A DNA stretch of 64,000 nt. Source: Takakia lepidozioides (taxonomy: Eukaryota > Plantae > Bryophyta). The position numbers were made by a program, and so were the translations under genes. The notes beneath the pieces were generated by a model, which saw only the letters and a program-made list of their open reading frames with translations, was not told the DNA's origin and did not search any database. Below, piece after piece: positions 50,311-63,179 of this stretch (within the stretch, counting starts at the first letter, position 1; each line of letters opens with the position of its first letter). The DNA lies in assembly GCA_030704615.1 (NCBI GenBank), contig CM060733.1:46438001-46502000 (forward strand), written 5' to 3'.

Positions 50311-51039
50311 GGCAAATTCATCCAAGATTTATATTTTATTTAGAGAAGTTTGGCAATTTCATCCATGAGAAAACAGGGAATTTATGACAGAATATTCCTC
50401 TCTCTTTTTGAGGTTGAAAAAGTGTGATTGCCAGAAAACAAAACACTAGTCCACTCCGTATATTTATATTTGTACTTTTTGTGCTAAGTCAGTGGAAGGT
50501 AGCTTAGCACATTGGATGGATTCCAACCCAACGCGTGGCCACGTTGATGATAAAAAACTGAAAATGAAACCATGATGCATACACACCGTCATAAACATGT
50601 ATTTTCACCCAATACGAATCTAGGCAAAGGCTAGTGTTAGGTATGGGGACCCTTGTTTAGGGTGGGTTGTAATTTGGAGTGCAAATCTAAAGCAATGACA
50701 AATACCATACTCCGTAGGTAGGCTTAAGCTCCACAAAGTGGAAACGAATATTTATTTGATTTAGCCGAAATTTTGTTTTTGGATTTGGAAATATATATTT
50801 TTTTTGTCCACTAGTGCATGTAAGGTGGATCGCTTGGTTGGTAAAGCTTGCACAAGGCAAGAATCAACACCCAAGAGGTTTCATGTTCGAACTCCTTTAC
50901 CCACATTTCTACCGGAGGAATTCATGAGCTGCATGTAGAATTCGGTAGTCAAGAGAAAAGTTGAAGTGAAATGAATGATTCAGTCAACCGGTATTGTACA
51001 TTGATGCTAGATTCCATCACATGAGGCCTTTAGTAGACT

Positions 51040-51861
51040 CAGTGTTTTTAAATCTGGCGAAAAATCGCCAGATTTCGACCTGGAAAATGGGTCAGCTACT
51101 TTTACTAAGGAGTTATGGGAGTAAAAATTTAGAAAATCGCCAAAAAGAGTCAATGGTCAAATATCACTAGGGTAGCCTGTGCCGTTGGCCCAAGTGCCTG
51201 GGGTCATCTAAGCCCAGCCCAAGTGCAATCCCCTATGTATCCCAGTGTGTCTCCTATGTCGAGGCCAAGTGCGACCTCTAGTGTAGCCTCGTTGGCCCAA
51301 GTGTCCAATGTCATCTATCTCCAAGTGCAATCCCCTATGTATCAAAGTGCGTTTCCTATGTCGAGGCCCAAATGCAACCTCTAGGTAGCCTTTGCCGTTG
51401 GCCGAAACGTCCTTTTCCGCAGAGCCTACGACCATATTTGAACCGGAGACCTTTCCCTTGGTATCTCTCCCGTCGAGGCTCCAACCATTGTCCCAAGAAT
51501 GCCCACTTTGCCATTTTTGCTATTTTTTGTGAATTTCCAGCGACCAAAAGTACTTGGATTTCCACATCTCCCTCATCGCTTGTCCAAAAATCATGAGACC
51601 AAGCCAGTGCACCCCTCCTCATCGAGGGCTTTCCAACAGTACCAAGCACTCAGGTGGGGCCCCGCAGTTTGGGACATCTCAAATCTACAAAACAAACGTC
51701 TCGCTTTATATATTGATGAGCCAGATTTGTCCTACGTGGACCTGTTAAAATGTGACACCTGTAATATAGCCACATTTCTAGCTCTATCACATCGTTATTT
51801 TCGTCAGAATCTACATGTCGCCCTGCCTGCGATTTTGGAAAAGTGAAAAAAAAAAACACTC
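51040..51861. mobile_element. Probable hAT-family MITE with an internal direct repeat of about 110 bp
   Basis: cagtgttttt...aaaaacact ends; tggcga/tcgcca subterminal motifs also seen at 5312-5380; no TSD found. Confidence 0.45.
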
Positions 51862-52124
51862 AATTCCCTATCATGTAAAACTCTCCGTTTGCAGACTCAC
51901 AATTCCCTTTGCTCTGATCTCGAAATTTGAGCTCTTTGGAGTGCAGAATATGTGATATGTAGAGATTCAGCCTAGTACTGTCGTGTAGTAATCTAGATGT
52001 TTAATAGGTACACTTTCGTGCTCACATTAGTTACCTTATCAAGCATGGACTACTAACGAAAATTTCAAATGTCTTGCCATGCAGATTGCTTTCTAGTGCA
52101 ATTAACTTAGGGATTGCTTCTGAT

Positions 52125-54148
52125 TGTTGGAAAACCATCGAGAAACCCATATCACTAGTACGAGATCATAAGATGTTGAGCAATGAATTGGAGGAGAACT
52201 CAACGCCCAAGTAAGTGTAGGAAGGGAGGACCGGGATCTCTTGACTACCCCACTGCCACTTAAGATCACTTCATCCCTCTCCTCTGTCGTTGAATGCTAC
52301 CACTGCACATTTGCTGACATTAGTCTCTAGCCCCCAAAGATCAAAGTATCTCTTCGCGCAATCAATCAACTCCTGGAGCTTGGTTGGAGTCTCCCCTATG
52401 CCTGCGAAGTCATCCGCAACCATAAGGGCTAGTATGGTGGTATCACCCACCCTTAACCCAAATCCCTCACTTTCCACATCCTCGAGGAGTTGATCTCCGC
52501 TAATGTCTCCGCTGATATCTCTAGACAACTACAACCGCTACCACCGTTATGCAGTGATAATGTTGCACCGCTTACAGTTGACTAGAAGGAAAGTTGATAT
52601 CTAACACTCCCGCTTAGATTTCTTGCCGAGTCAATGGTAGAACATTTAGTCGTTCTCTATGAAACTCAAAAGTAGTCCTAGGCAACGGTTTTATAAATAT
52701 GTCAGCGGCATGCCTGTAGTTGTGTTGGACAATATGCGAACTGTATTTCTTCTTCCTCCACCTTCTCCCGGATGAAGTGGAACTGCGTTGCAATGTGCTT
52801 CATTTACCATGATACTTGGCAATGCAACTCTGATTGTCACAATCAATGTTGAGAGGTCATGTCTGGTACCAAATATCCTTCAGCAACATCTTCAACCAAA
52901 TTGCTTCCTTAGCAACTATAGTGGCATACTCCGTTTCAGTGCTTGAGAGTGCTGTAGCCGTCTGCTTTTTGCTACGCCAAGAAATTATTCCACCATTAAA
53001 GGTGAAGCAATAGTCTGATGTGGACTTTCTAGTATCCACTTCTCCTGCATAATTTGAATCACAGTATCCTCGCAAGATCCCATCACTGTTGCAAGTAGCA
53101 TTTGTATCAAAAGAAATTTTGAAATCAATAGTACCTTTAATGTATCTGAACACCCGCTTAACTGCAGCCCAATGGGGATTACCTAGATTCTCCATAAATC
53201 GACTCAGAACACTGACAGCAAAAGTAATATCAGGTCTTGTACAAGTGGAAGCATACATCAAGCTTCCAATTGCATTTCTGTATGGAATTTTTCTCATTTG
53301 CTTCTGTTCTCCTCTTGAAGAATGACACATTTCTGTAGACAATTTGAGGTTCGCTTCCATGGGTGTTGAGACTGGCTTGCAGTCCTCCATCTGGAACTCT
53401 CTCAACACATTTTCCAGGTAGCGCTTCTGGTTCATATGAATCAGTCTTTTTCCTCTGTCACAAATGATGTGAATTCCAAGGCAATATCGCTAAACAAGAT
53501 AACATCATCCACATATAGTGCTAAGATGACGAAACATTCTCAAGCACTGAAGTAGAGTACATGGCTGCCACTGAAACTGCTAAGGCAACAATTTGGTTGA
53601 AGAGGTTGCTGAAGGATATTGGGTACAACCAAACAGGACCTCTCAACATCGGTTGTGACAATCAGAGTTGCATTGTGTTGACAAAATTTACCAAGTATCA
53701 TGGTAAATGAAGCACATTGCAACGCAATTCTACTTCATCGATCCGAGAGAAGGTGGAGAAAGGAGAAATACAGTTGGTATATTGTCCAACACAACTACAG
53801 GTCGCTGACATATTTACAAAACCGCTGCCTAGGACTAGTTCTGAGTTTCATAGAGAGCAACTAAATGTTCTACCACTGACTCAGCAAGAAATCTGAGCAT
53901 GAATGTTAGATATCAACTTTCCTCCTAGTCAACTGTACATAAATAGTTTAGCGGTGCAACATTATCACTGCATAACGGTAGTAGCGGTGGAGATATTAGC
54001 GAAGATTAAAATAGTAGACTTCCTTCAGAAGTGGATCGAGACTCATGTATATATTTCTATAGTAGACTCACTTTATATCTTCTTCTTCATTCCTCAACAT
54101 CTTATGATCTCGTACTAGTGATCTGGGTTTTTCGATGGTTTTCCAACA
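52125..54148. mobile_element. Fold-back Copia: two inverted 3' ends with outward-facing LTRs
   Basis: Minus arm RT/RNase H (RPDITFAVS, YCDSNYAG, ALSSTETEY) plus LTR 52125-52606; plus arm RNase H tail plus LTR 53904-54148; flanks ctgat / ctgaa. Confidence 0.85.
52195..52490 (-). mobile_element. LINE reverse-transcriptase fragment inside a Copia LTR
   Basis: LALMVADDFAGIGETPTKLQELID...WGLETNVSKC (RT motifs 5-7). Confidence 0.75.
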
Positions 54149-56467
54149 CTGAATACCAAAGATTATAGCGGCCTCATACATTAGAGCAAAATTATACCAG
54201 CAGGGTTGTGTTCTCAGTGACATCCTCCAATCCAAACATTAACTCACCAATGTTTGCACTGTTTCAGCCAAAAGAGAATTTGATGAGCTCTGCTCCGACC
54301 TTAGAATAGAGCTTGACATGCAACGAAGTTTTGTAATTGTACTGTAATTTATAATTATTGGTGTATTTGATGTTAAACGTGATTGGCATATTGACAAGTA
54401 CATTTGTCTCATTGACAGGCAACTGAGGAGATAAATTGCAAGGTGAGGCATATGGAAGAATAAGCATTTGGGGAGAAGATCATTTACAAAATTGTTGTGC
54501 CTGGTAAGCGGTGAGTATTCCTACCTAATATTTTCTTACCTAATATTTTCCTTAGTATTGAGAAGTCCTCAACGTGTAGGTCTTCATCCTTCATAATGCT
54601 TGCGGAAGCCTGGTACCGGCAATCTTGTTAGACTTGGTTCAATGCAGTTTGCTTCTCTTCCTGCAAACTATGAAATGTGCTATTATGTCTATGGATTTTG
54701 ACTGCTTACAATTTTGTCCGTGGAGTGTTATCATGCAGCTGTATGTACAAGCACACCAACTTGGATCTTAGAGGCTATCTTGATTCTTGAATTAGGGGTA
54801 GCACTATGGAGGTATGAATCGAATATGTGCTACATTGAAAATAGGTAGCCAGTGGTCTCTATTTCATAAAAGTTTGTGCAGGATTTGTTGGAACAGTAGC
54901 AAATTTTTATCATTAAACTATTGAATCATGAATTTGAACATACGATGCAAAATCGGAATGAAGCTTGAATTGCACTTACTAATGTCTTTGCTTAATGTTT
55001 GGGATCTCCAGGTTTCATCATAATCACAAATTCCTCCTTGTGAATCTCTACATGTTTCTATCAACAATCAACCCTGCTTGCGAAAGGTAATCTTAAGCCT
55101 TTCCCATTTATGTTTTTAATCTTGAGGTTGCTCATGATGTGATATTTACAGTCATATTAGTGTCAAAATAGAAAAATTGTGTTTGATGTGCTCAATAAAC
55201 AATGGATACCTTAATTGTATGCGTAGGTGGACTTGTGACCACCAGAATTAGCTTGAGGAATTTTTGAGAAATTTTCTAAAATATTCTCATGACATTTTAC
55301 CATAGAGATGTCGATTGCTTTGAGGTCGTAAATCAGGTATCTGGTAGTCAGGTGTTAAATCTTCAAATCACTTAGTAGGCAATTAGGGAATGGTGCAATT
55401 TTTCCCTAATGCCTTTCCTTGGAATAGGATATGGCATGGGTGCGGCGGGCCCAGAAAAAATCCCTGGTACTGCAATTTCTTGGTCAAACCTAACATTGCA
55501 GGTTTCTCAAATTCCCGGAAAAAAAAACAACCCTCACCAAAGCACTATAATCTTGAAATTTTTGTGGTGAAATTCTTCGCAATTTGGTACATGGATGTAT
55601 GTGGTAGGTAGCAACCGGTAAGTATCATAGTTAGGTGGGTAGCTTGGTTATACTGTGCAGGGGTAGGAAATTCTAAGGGCAAAAAAACTTTATTTGTGGG
55701 AAGTTAACGGTCAAGCAAGAATTAGATGAGGTCCTCACGTTCTTACATGATTCCTATTGTTTTCCAATAAAAATAGGAAGAGATAATTTTACGGCTTCAC
55801 AGCTGTATCTCACGGGTTATTTTTTCCCGTTCTTTTTAATGTATTTCCAGGGCCTCTATCTCCTGTTCTCTTAAAGAAGGGGAAAAAAAAAAGAAAAAAA
55901 GAAAAAAAAAGAGAAAATTTTAAGAACTGCTGCTAAGGTTTTTTTTTTTTTGCTTAATAGGGAACAACGGTGGCCTGAAAAACTTTATTGGTTTTTGGAA
56001 TTTGAGGAAAAAATAAGGTTACAGGGTTGTTCCCACGCAGTAAGCCTTCACGGCCCTAAGGTGGTTATTTTTTCCACCCTTTTGTAATTTGTTTTAATTA
56101 ATTTGATTAATAGGGCCTTCCTTTAAAAACCAAAAAATAAAATAAAAATAAAAATTGCTTGCCACCAAAGACAGGAATAGACTATTTTCGTCCGCTAGAT
56201 CTGCAAAATATCTATGGTCATATTTCAGCATCAACCGATGGATGTGAAATTTGTCGTTGGTCGTCGTAAAATCGTTGACGTCTTCTGAACTTCCGACGCT
56301 TCAAACCACATCCCCAAATTGTCGTGGGATCTCGTATGAGATTGTCCCAAAACTTGGGATGCATGTGAGATGCCGACACCTGGGGTTTAGGGCTTTGTAG
56401 TTTGCAGCGCTTGTGCTGTTTGTGTGTGCGTGCGCACGGCGCCGTCTGCTCTCTAAAGTAATCCAAG

Positions 56468-59400
56468 ATGGTGAAGAAAAGCAAAAGTAATGTCTCCCCC
56501 TCTCACACCAAAATTATGTTTCTCTCACAGAGCTGCTCATGACGAGGATCAGAAATGCTTCGCAACATGTCTGCATTGGCGTTCACTCTTAGACAGTACC
56601 TCCAGCAATAGCTGTTTTTGGACTGCTTGTGGAGGGCCAATCTCTCTTTCTTGTTTCATGCTTTCTCTTGTTTCATAATCTCTTGAAGCTTTCCAAGGAC
56701 GTTATGAAGTGTCATTTCGTTTCATTTTTTATTGCGACTGGGGCAACCACACTATAGGTCGCACAGCCGGTCAAGTAAGGGGCCACGGAAGATCAGACTG
56801 AGTCGAACCAGATGGAATTTCGGGCTGGGGAACTAGATGGCGTTTCTCGTCACTTGGTTAGGAAATTTAGGGTTGGAAGTGGACTGCATTGAGAGTGGGG
56901 TTTGATTAATGGTGCAGAGAGTAAAAGCAAGCGTATGCCCCTGAGGAAGAAATACAAAATCCTGAAGAAGGTGAAGGAGCACCACAAGAAGAAGGCGAAA
57001 GAGGCCAAAAAGGCGGGCGCTAGTAAGAAACAAAAAGCTGAGAAAGACCCGGGAATCCCCTATGCATGGCCCTTCAAGGAACAGGAACTCCAGGCTCTTG
57101 AGGATCGCCGCGCACGCGCACTGGAAGAAATTGAGAAAAAGAAGCAATCCAAGAAAGAGCGGGTGAGCCTCCCTTTTCTTTTGCTCCTTCCGGTAAATTT
57201 GTGATCAGACTTGTGGGTTCTGCTTGGCTGTCTTTCCCTCTACACCCCGAGAGAGCTAAATTATATGCCACCAACGAGAGTGTGGACACTGCGCGAACTG
57301 CATGCATTGCGAACTGCTCAACTTTTTATTATGCCAAGTTATTTGTGAGTTGTGCGTGTAGAATGGACTGTGAGTTGTGAGTCAATTCCCATCCCAGCTA
57401 CCTGCTTCTCTCATTCCATTGGAGAACACTACTTGTCAGGCTGCTTCACAAACAGGTGTTTGGAGTGAAGACCCACTGACTTCCAAGCAGGTTCAAAGTC
57501 CTTGATTGTCAGCTGTCCTCAGCAGTTTCAGTAGCCTTCAAATTAAAATGTCAGGATGGCAGGCTGAGAAGAGAAAGCTGGGGTTACTGGACGACGAGGC
57601 AGATGCAGATATTGCACAGCTTGCCAAGGATGCTGCCAAACGCAACTCAGACTTCAACATGCGAAAAGGCCCTCGCGTGAGCAATGCTACCACTGCTGGC
57701 CCTCAAGGTCTGTTTGAAGTGTCCCTCACCCAGCTCTTTTATTGGACTCTGAGAAAACTCTTTTAGTTGGGCTGGAAGGGATTTCTGCTGTCTGGTGCAC
57801 CTCAGAAGTCTGACTTGACCAAGTCTTGCAAGTATGCAGATGGGTCACGCAGAGCATTCTGTAAGGAGTTTGTGAAAGTGGTTGAAGCAGCAGATGTGGT
57901 TATCCAAGTGTTGGATGCTAGGGACCCCTTGGGTAGCCGTTGTGTGGATGTGGAACGCATGGTGCACAGATCAGGCCCAACTAAGCGGATTGTACTTCTC
58001 CTCACAATAAGATTGGTACACCCTTCGACACTAGTTTTCCGATTTCATGAATTCAAAGTACGGAGTCTGCAACTTGCCCTTTAGGCCAAAATCCTTGTAA
58101 GAGGAATCAAATCAAATAATAAGGGCAACACAGACACAGGTGAAGACATAAGAACCTACCGTACCCTTCATCAAATTTGTTGGTGAAACCCCCTCAGGGA
58201 TAGGAGGGGCCTTGCCTAGAAATAAGGCTATTGTGGAACTCTCTTCCATGTTTTTCCAGCATTCCAGGGCAGGGAACCATCCTTGTCTTTCACGTCCTCA
58301 TGCAGATGCACAGGTTCAATAGATGTGCATCTGTATCTCTTTTTATGTACATTTAGGTTTGAAGAAAGGCTAATTCCTGCCAGCAATCTGTTCATCATTC
58401 CTCTCTCTTATAAGATTAGTCTTCCCACTGTGCAAATTCTTTGCCGTACTTATAAAGATTCAGTATATCCTGGAGGACTGTTGGTCACTTCACTAAAGAC
58501 CAGTCTGGAAGACTACATGCCTTGAATGATCAAATACAGATCTTGATGCTTTGGGGTGGTTGGATTTCCAAATGTGGGAAAGAGCAGCCTCATCAACAGC
58601 TTGAAGAGAACTCGAGTGGCAAATGTGGGTGCAACCCCGGGTGTGACCAAGGCCATGCAAGAGATCCACCTGGACAAGCATGTGAAGCTGCTGGACTCCC
58701 CTGGTATTGTGTTTGCATCAGCAGGTGACAATGAGGCATCTGCAACACTGCGAAACTGTACCAAGATAGAGAAGCTTGCTGATCCCGTCACCCCAGGTGT
58801 GTAAGCCTGGACCTTACATAGAGATAGAAATGGTCACCAATATTAGAATTTCCAGCAATGGGGGATGAAAACACACCCCTCAATTCTAAATTGACCACAA
58901 GTTGGTTCTTTGTATTTTGACAGTGAAGCAGATATTGCAGCTGTGTCCTGCGGAGAAGCTGATGTCAATTTACAAGGTTGCCAAATTCAACAATGTTGAT
59001 GAGTTCTTGCAAAATTTGGCGATGGTGCGTGGAAAGCTCAAAAAGGGGGGAGTGGGTGACACTGTTGCAATTGCACGTATTGTGCTTCACGACTGGAATG
59101 AAGGTCTCAGTCCTGTCTAACCCAGCACAGCATCTTCAGCATTACTAGAGATACATGAAATGGCGATGAGTGGGCATATCAATGATCTTGTTCTGAAATA
59201 AGAGAATGAGGGAGTCAGACAAACCAGTAGATATTTCTAGATGACAAAGGATGAGATGCATGGTTTTCTATATCAGCATCTCTCTCTCACTCTCTCTCTC
59301 ACAAGACTACAGCAAGCAATATCTGTTGCGAAGAGTCTCTAATTGTGGGAAACACCTTGGGTATTTGAGAAGAATGTCTTCTAGAACTGGAAATGTACCT

Positions 59401-60797
59401 ATATCTAAAGCTGACATGTACAGTTCCTTTTACAGTAAAACCACTTATGTACGTTTCAAATGCAAGCCAAGAATTCACCAGAAGATTCTTGGAACTGACA
59501 TTCATTTATCCTGGTTCAATGGCAGGAAAAATCCCTTACTATACAGTGCCACCTGTGCGGGAGGCCAGTGAGCATGCCGAATCTGCAATTGTAGCTGACT
59601 GGGGCAGGGAGTTTGATGTGGAGGCTCTGTTTAAGAATGAGGAGTCAGTTCTTATAGCTGGACTCCCTTCTATGGTTGACACACTTCATGTGGAAATGCC
59701 TTCCAAGTGCTCCACTTACTATGGACATCGACACTGTTCAGGTTGGTTCAATTTAACCTGGGAATATATTTTCTCCTTGGCAGCAACAACAAAATTGTGT
59801 CCTTTTTCTCTGTCTTGGGCCAAGATGGTAAGGCCACAGGTGAAATGTTGCTCAAACTAGACAAGCTGAAGTGCAGGCAAATGTATGCCGAGCTGTTTTC
59901 ACAGCTTCCGATGAACAAGTGGGGCTCCGGACAGCTCCTTCCTATACTGATGAGGTTTCCTACCTCTGTAGTGGGCTGGGAAAATGGAAATCCTTGGCAT
60001 GATGCTGAGGAGACAGAAATGATGTTGTGTACTATATTGGTTGGTCTTCTAAATGAATCACCCTCGTTGAAATCTGCAAAATGACTGTCATCTTTTGTTG
60101 GTCATTTCCAAAAGCTGGAGGCAATGTCCTCCTTTGGTCTATTTCTTGGGTGAGTACTCACATCAAATTCATACCATGGTGAAGAGCTTTATTGAGAACA
60201 ACTGGAAGACCAGAATGATTTTGTTTTGAAACCTGAGTCCTAGAGCAAGCCTTCTATGATGGTGGTATAGCCATTGTGCCTTGCCTCATCTGCTGTGTCC
60301 ATCTCTAGATTACCTGAAGTGTGAAAACATTTACATGCAGATGGATTCTTGGATTTCAGGAAGTCCCTGGCCCTTTAACACACACCTAGTAAATATTGCT
60401 TTGAGAAACACATGTTAAATACTGCAGGATCTGGACTAAAAGATTTTAGTGCAATTTCTTATAGGGCAACGAGGAGAGCGATGAAGAGGATGACATCGAC
60501 GATGAAGACTCTGACAAGGTAGAGACCGGAGGGGACCTAGGTCCTACTGAGATGGACACTGAAGTTGCTGCTGTGACAAGGGGTCGTGCCTTTTTAAGCC
60601 AAAATGATAAGCTTTATGACACTGAAGGTATTTTAAATCCTCATGCAAAACATGCGGAGAAAAAGCGGGAGAAAAAGGTAGGAAAGGCTGTTCTGACAGA
60701 TGATTATGACTTCAATGAGGACTAAAAACCTGGCCGAATGACTATGGAGGGCAAAGAAAGTGAAGGTGAGGGGGAACCCATGGCTGGAGTTGATTAG
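56468..60797 (+). pseudogene. NSN1: Nucleostemin/GNL3-like circularly permuted GTPase, disrupted
   Basis: MVKKSK|SKSKR; KDPGIPYAWPFKEQEL; QVLDARDPLG; [14 protein letters not shown]; LDSPG; QNDKLY..EGILN. Frameshift at NKID (about 58003), apparent loss of the following exon, frameshift at about 59705, TAA at 60723. Confidence 0.85.
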
Positions 60798-61744
60798 GTG
60801 GATGAAAGTTTGAGAGAGAAACTGGCAGGAGACAAAAACAGGTGCCGTGTACTGAAAAGAGGAGAAACTGTGGGCAACGATTTCAATCTTAGAATCTGAA
60901 AGAAAGTCCAAAGTGGAAAAGAGTGGGAGAACCAAACAACAATAGCTGCTATCATGGAGGATCTTGGTAAAATAACTTCATGGGGGCTAGGCTTCAACAT
61001 TTTTACTGAGGTCAAAAGCCTAGAATGTTATAGCTTTTGCATGCTAGAAGCAAGTACAGCTGGGTGAGGTGATTCAAACAGTAAAACAGCAATTGCCGAA
61101 GGAAGTGAGTATGATAGTCCTCTCTGGAGGGGTCAAATTTTGCAGGGACCTGAGCCTCTCCAAATAAATCATGTACTTAATTGACTAGTTAAACATTGTA
61201 TTTCTATCACAGAAAATCTGGCCAAGAGGACGCAATGTCAATGTGGTTGTGGTAGGACTGTAAAGAACACCACATTCAGCAGCTCTTGATTACGCGTTCT
61301 TAGTTGTATCTCTGGTTCTGTTCCTCTGGTTGCTATAGATGTTCTCTGTCTCAAGATCTCCGGTTTCTTTCGAGTTAGTTCTGATTTACGTAAGTTCTTC
61401 TGGACTATTCTGAATTCTGGCTTCTCTAGTTCCTTGTGCCTTTAGCTGTGGCTCCCTCTTAAGGTTGTTTCTGGTCCGGAGTAGCACCTCGTTCCTCTGC
61501 CTCATGGCCTTTTGTAAGGTTATTTTTTCCCTATTCAATAAAATCTACCAGGGCCACTGTCTCCTGCTCTCAAAAAAAAAGAACAACATCAGTAAACAGC
61601 AGGGAAAGGCTTCATTCTTTACCAATGTGGGTTGAAAGCCCTCTACCTTCCTTGTCATGCAAGTATGATCCCAAAATATCTCCACTTCAAATGCTATATT
61701 TGAACATTGACATGTGAATGTTTCCAGGACTGTTGTAGCAAGCA

Positions 61745-62278
61745 ATGCCGTCCTCGCAGATCCTGCCCTTGTTGTGGATTGGGGATGAGTATGCTGCCAA
61801 TGCGCCCGAAGTGCAGGCTTTCAGCTATGTCTTGAACATCTCGATCGAAGTTGACAAGTGCAGCCTCCTTGCTGACCAAGTTTTTTTCCAGCGTTTCCCC
61901 ATCTTCGATTACGGAGGCGAAAAGCAACAGCATGCCATGTTTAATTTCTTGAGCGATGCTTGCTCCCTCATCGAGCAGGGCATGGTGTTGGGTCGGAAGG
62001 TGCTGGTGCATTGTGTGGAAGGAAAGCAACGGTCGTGCGCAGTGGTCGCTGCTTACATGATATTTGCAATGGGGCTTACCACTTCGCAGGCCAAAGACTA
62101 CATCCTCAACAAACGCCCGGAGGCGTTTGACTCTGGTACCCGCATGAACTTTGCACCAGCATTGGAGCGTTGGGAGAAGACTGCAAGGAGCAGAAGCACG
62201 TCAGCGACGGAGAAGAATTATTTACATGCCGGTACCCGTTCTGGATCAAAAGGCTCAAAAGTCCATCAGTCCTACTAA
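61745..62278 (+). CDS. Atypical dual-specificity phosphatase (intronless)
   Basis: SQILPLLWIG; general-acid PIFD; catalytic VLVHCVEGKQRS; AAYMI; KRPEAF...NF. Confidence 0.88.
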   Translation: MPSSQILPLLWIGDEYAANAPEVQAFSYVLNISIEVDKCSLLADQVFFQRFPIFDYGGEKQQHAMFNFLSDACSLIEQGMVLGRKVLVHCVEGKQRSCAVVAAYMIFAMGLTTSQAKDYILNKRPEAFDSGTRMNFAPALERWEKTARSRSTSATEKNYLHAGTRSGSKGSKVHQSY

Positions 62279-63179
62279 ACATGCACGCAAGCGTTAGAGT
62301 GCAGATGATGGAGGTTGGTAGTCGAGGAGGCGGCCCTTAGGGCGTGCAGAATTTCATGCCTTCCCCTGATCTTATGGCAAGATTGAGCAATTGGACTCAA
62401 TTTACTTTTGAAGAGAAGCATGTGAGATCTGTGTATTTCGGAAAATTTGCTGGATACGTAGGCATGATCGATGGGCTTCGTGGCCTCGGTGAATGTAAGA
62501 GAACTATTTATCATGAGTACTGGCATCCGGAGTTAGGGGTTTTGGGGCTATGGGTTAGAGCTCTCGTGGGAAGTAATATAGTAATTTGATGTCAATTGGT
62601 CTCTTTGGAGTGATGATGATGATGATGGAGTTGCCTGCACGATTGGTGTCGTGGGATTTAGATAGCAGGCAACAACGGAGAAGGTTTTTGAGGTGTGTGG
62701 GGCACAGGTGAGTGAGTTTTGACTTCCATACACCTGTTGAATGTCTTTGTGCAAGTCTTGTGTTGAACTACTGTGGTCATGCTTCAATTCATGGGGTCTC
62801 CTTCACATCATCATACATCATTGACAAGCAATATTTGATAAGTAGATAGTCACATTTTCCCCGAGTTCAAGTAACAGGTTGTGAACTCTACACCCCAGTG
62901 CTGAAAGGAAGGATATACTTAAACTGCTACTAGCGGGCTTTTTGACGCACTGTTTATGTGTGACCAGGCTGTATGTGCGAACACACTCTTCGAGTCTCCA
63001 TGGCCTATTTACCCTTCGTTATCCGTGCTATGGTCCTCTCATGAAGGAAGGAGCAGTGTACAAATCAAGTGTTCATCATCATTAGTTTGGATAAAGTCGT
63101 CCCCGAGTGCCAACGCTTCATGTATGTAACAGATGCCCGTTGTCATGGGAAGAGGTGGATGCGGTTTGTCTCTCCCGGG

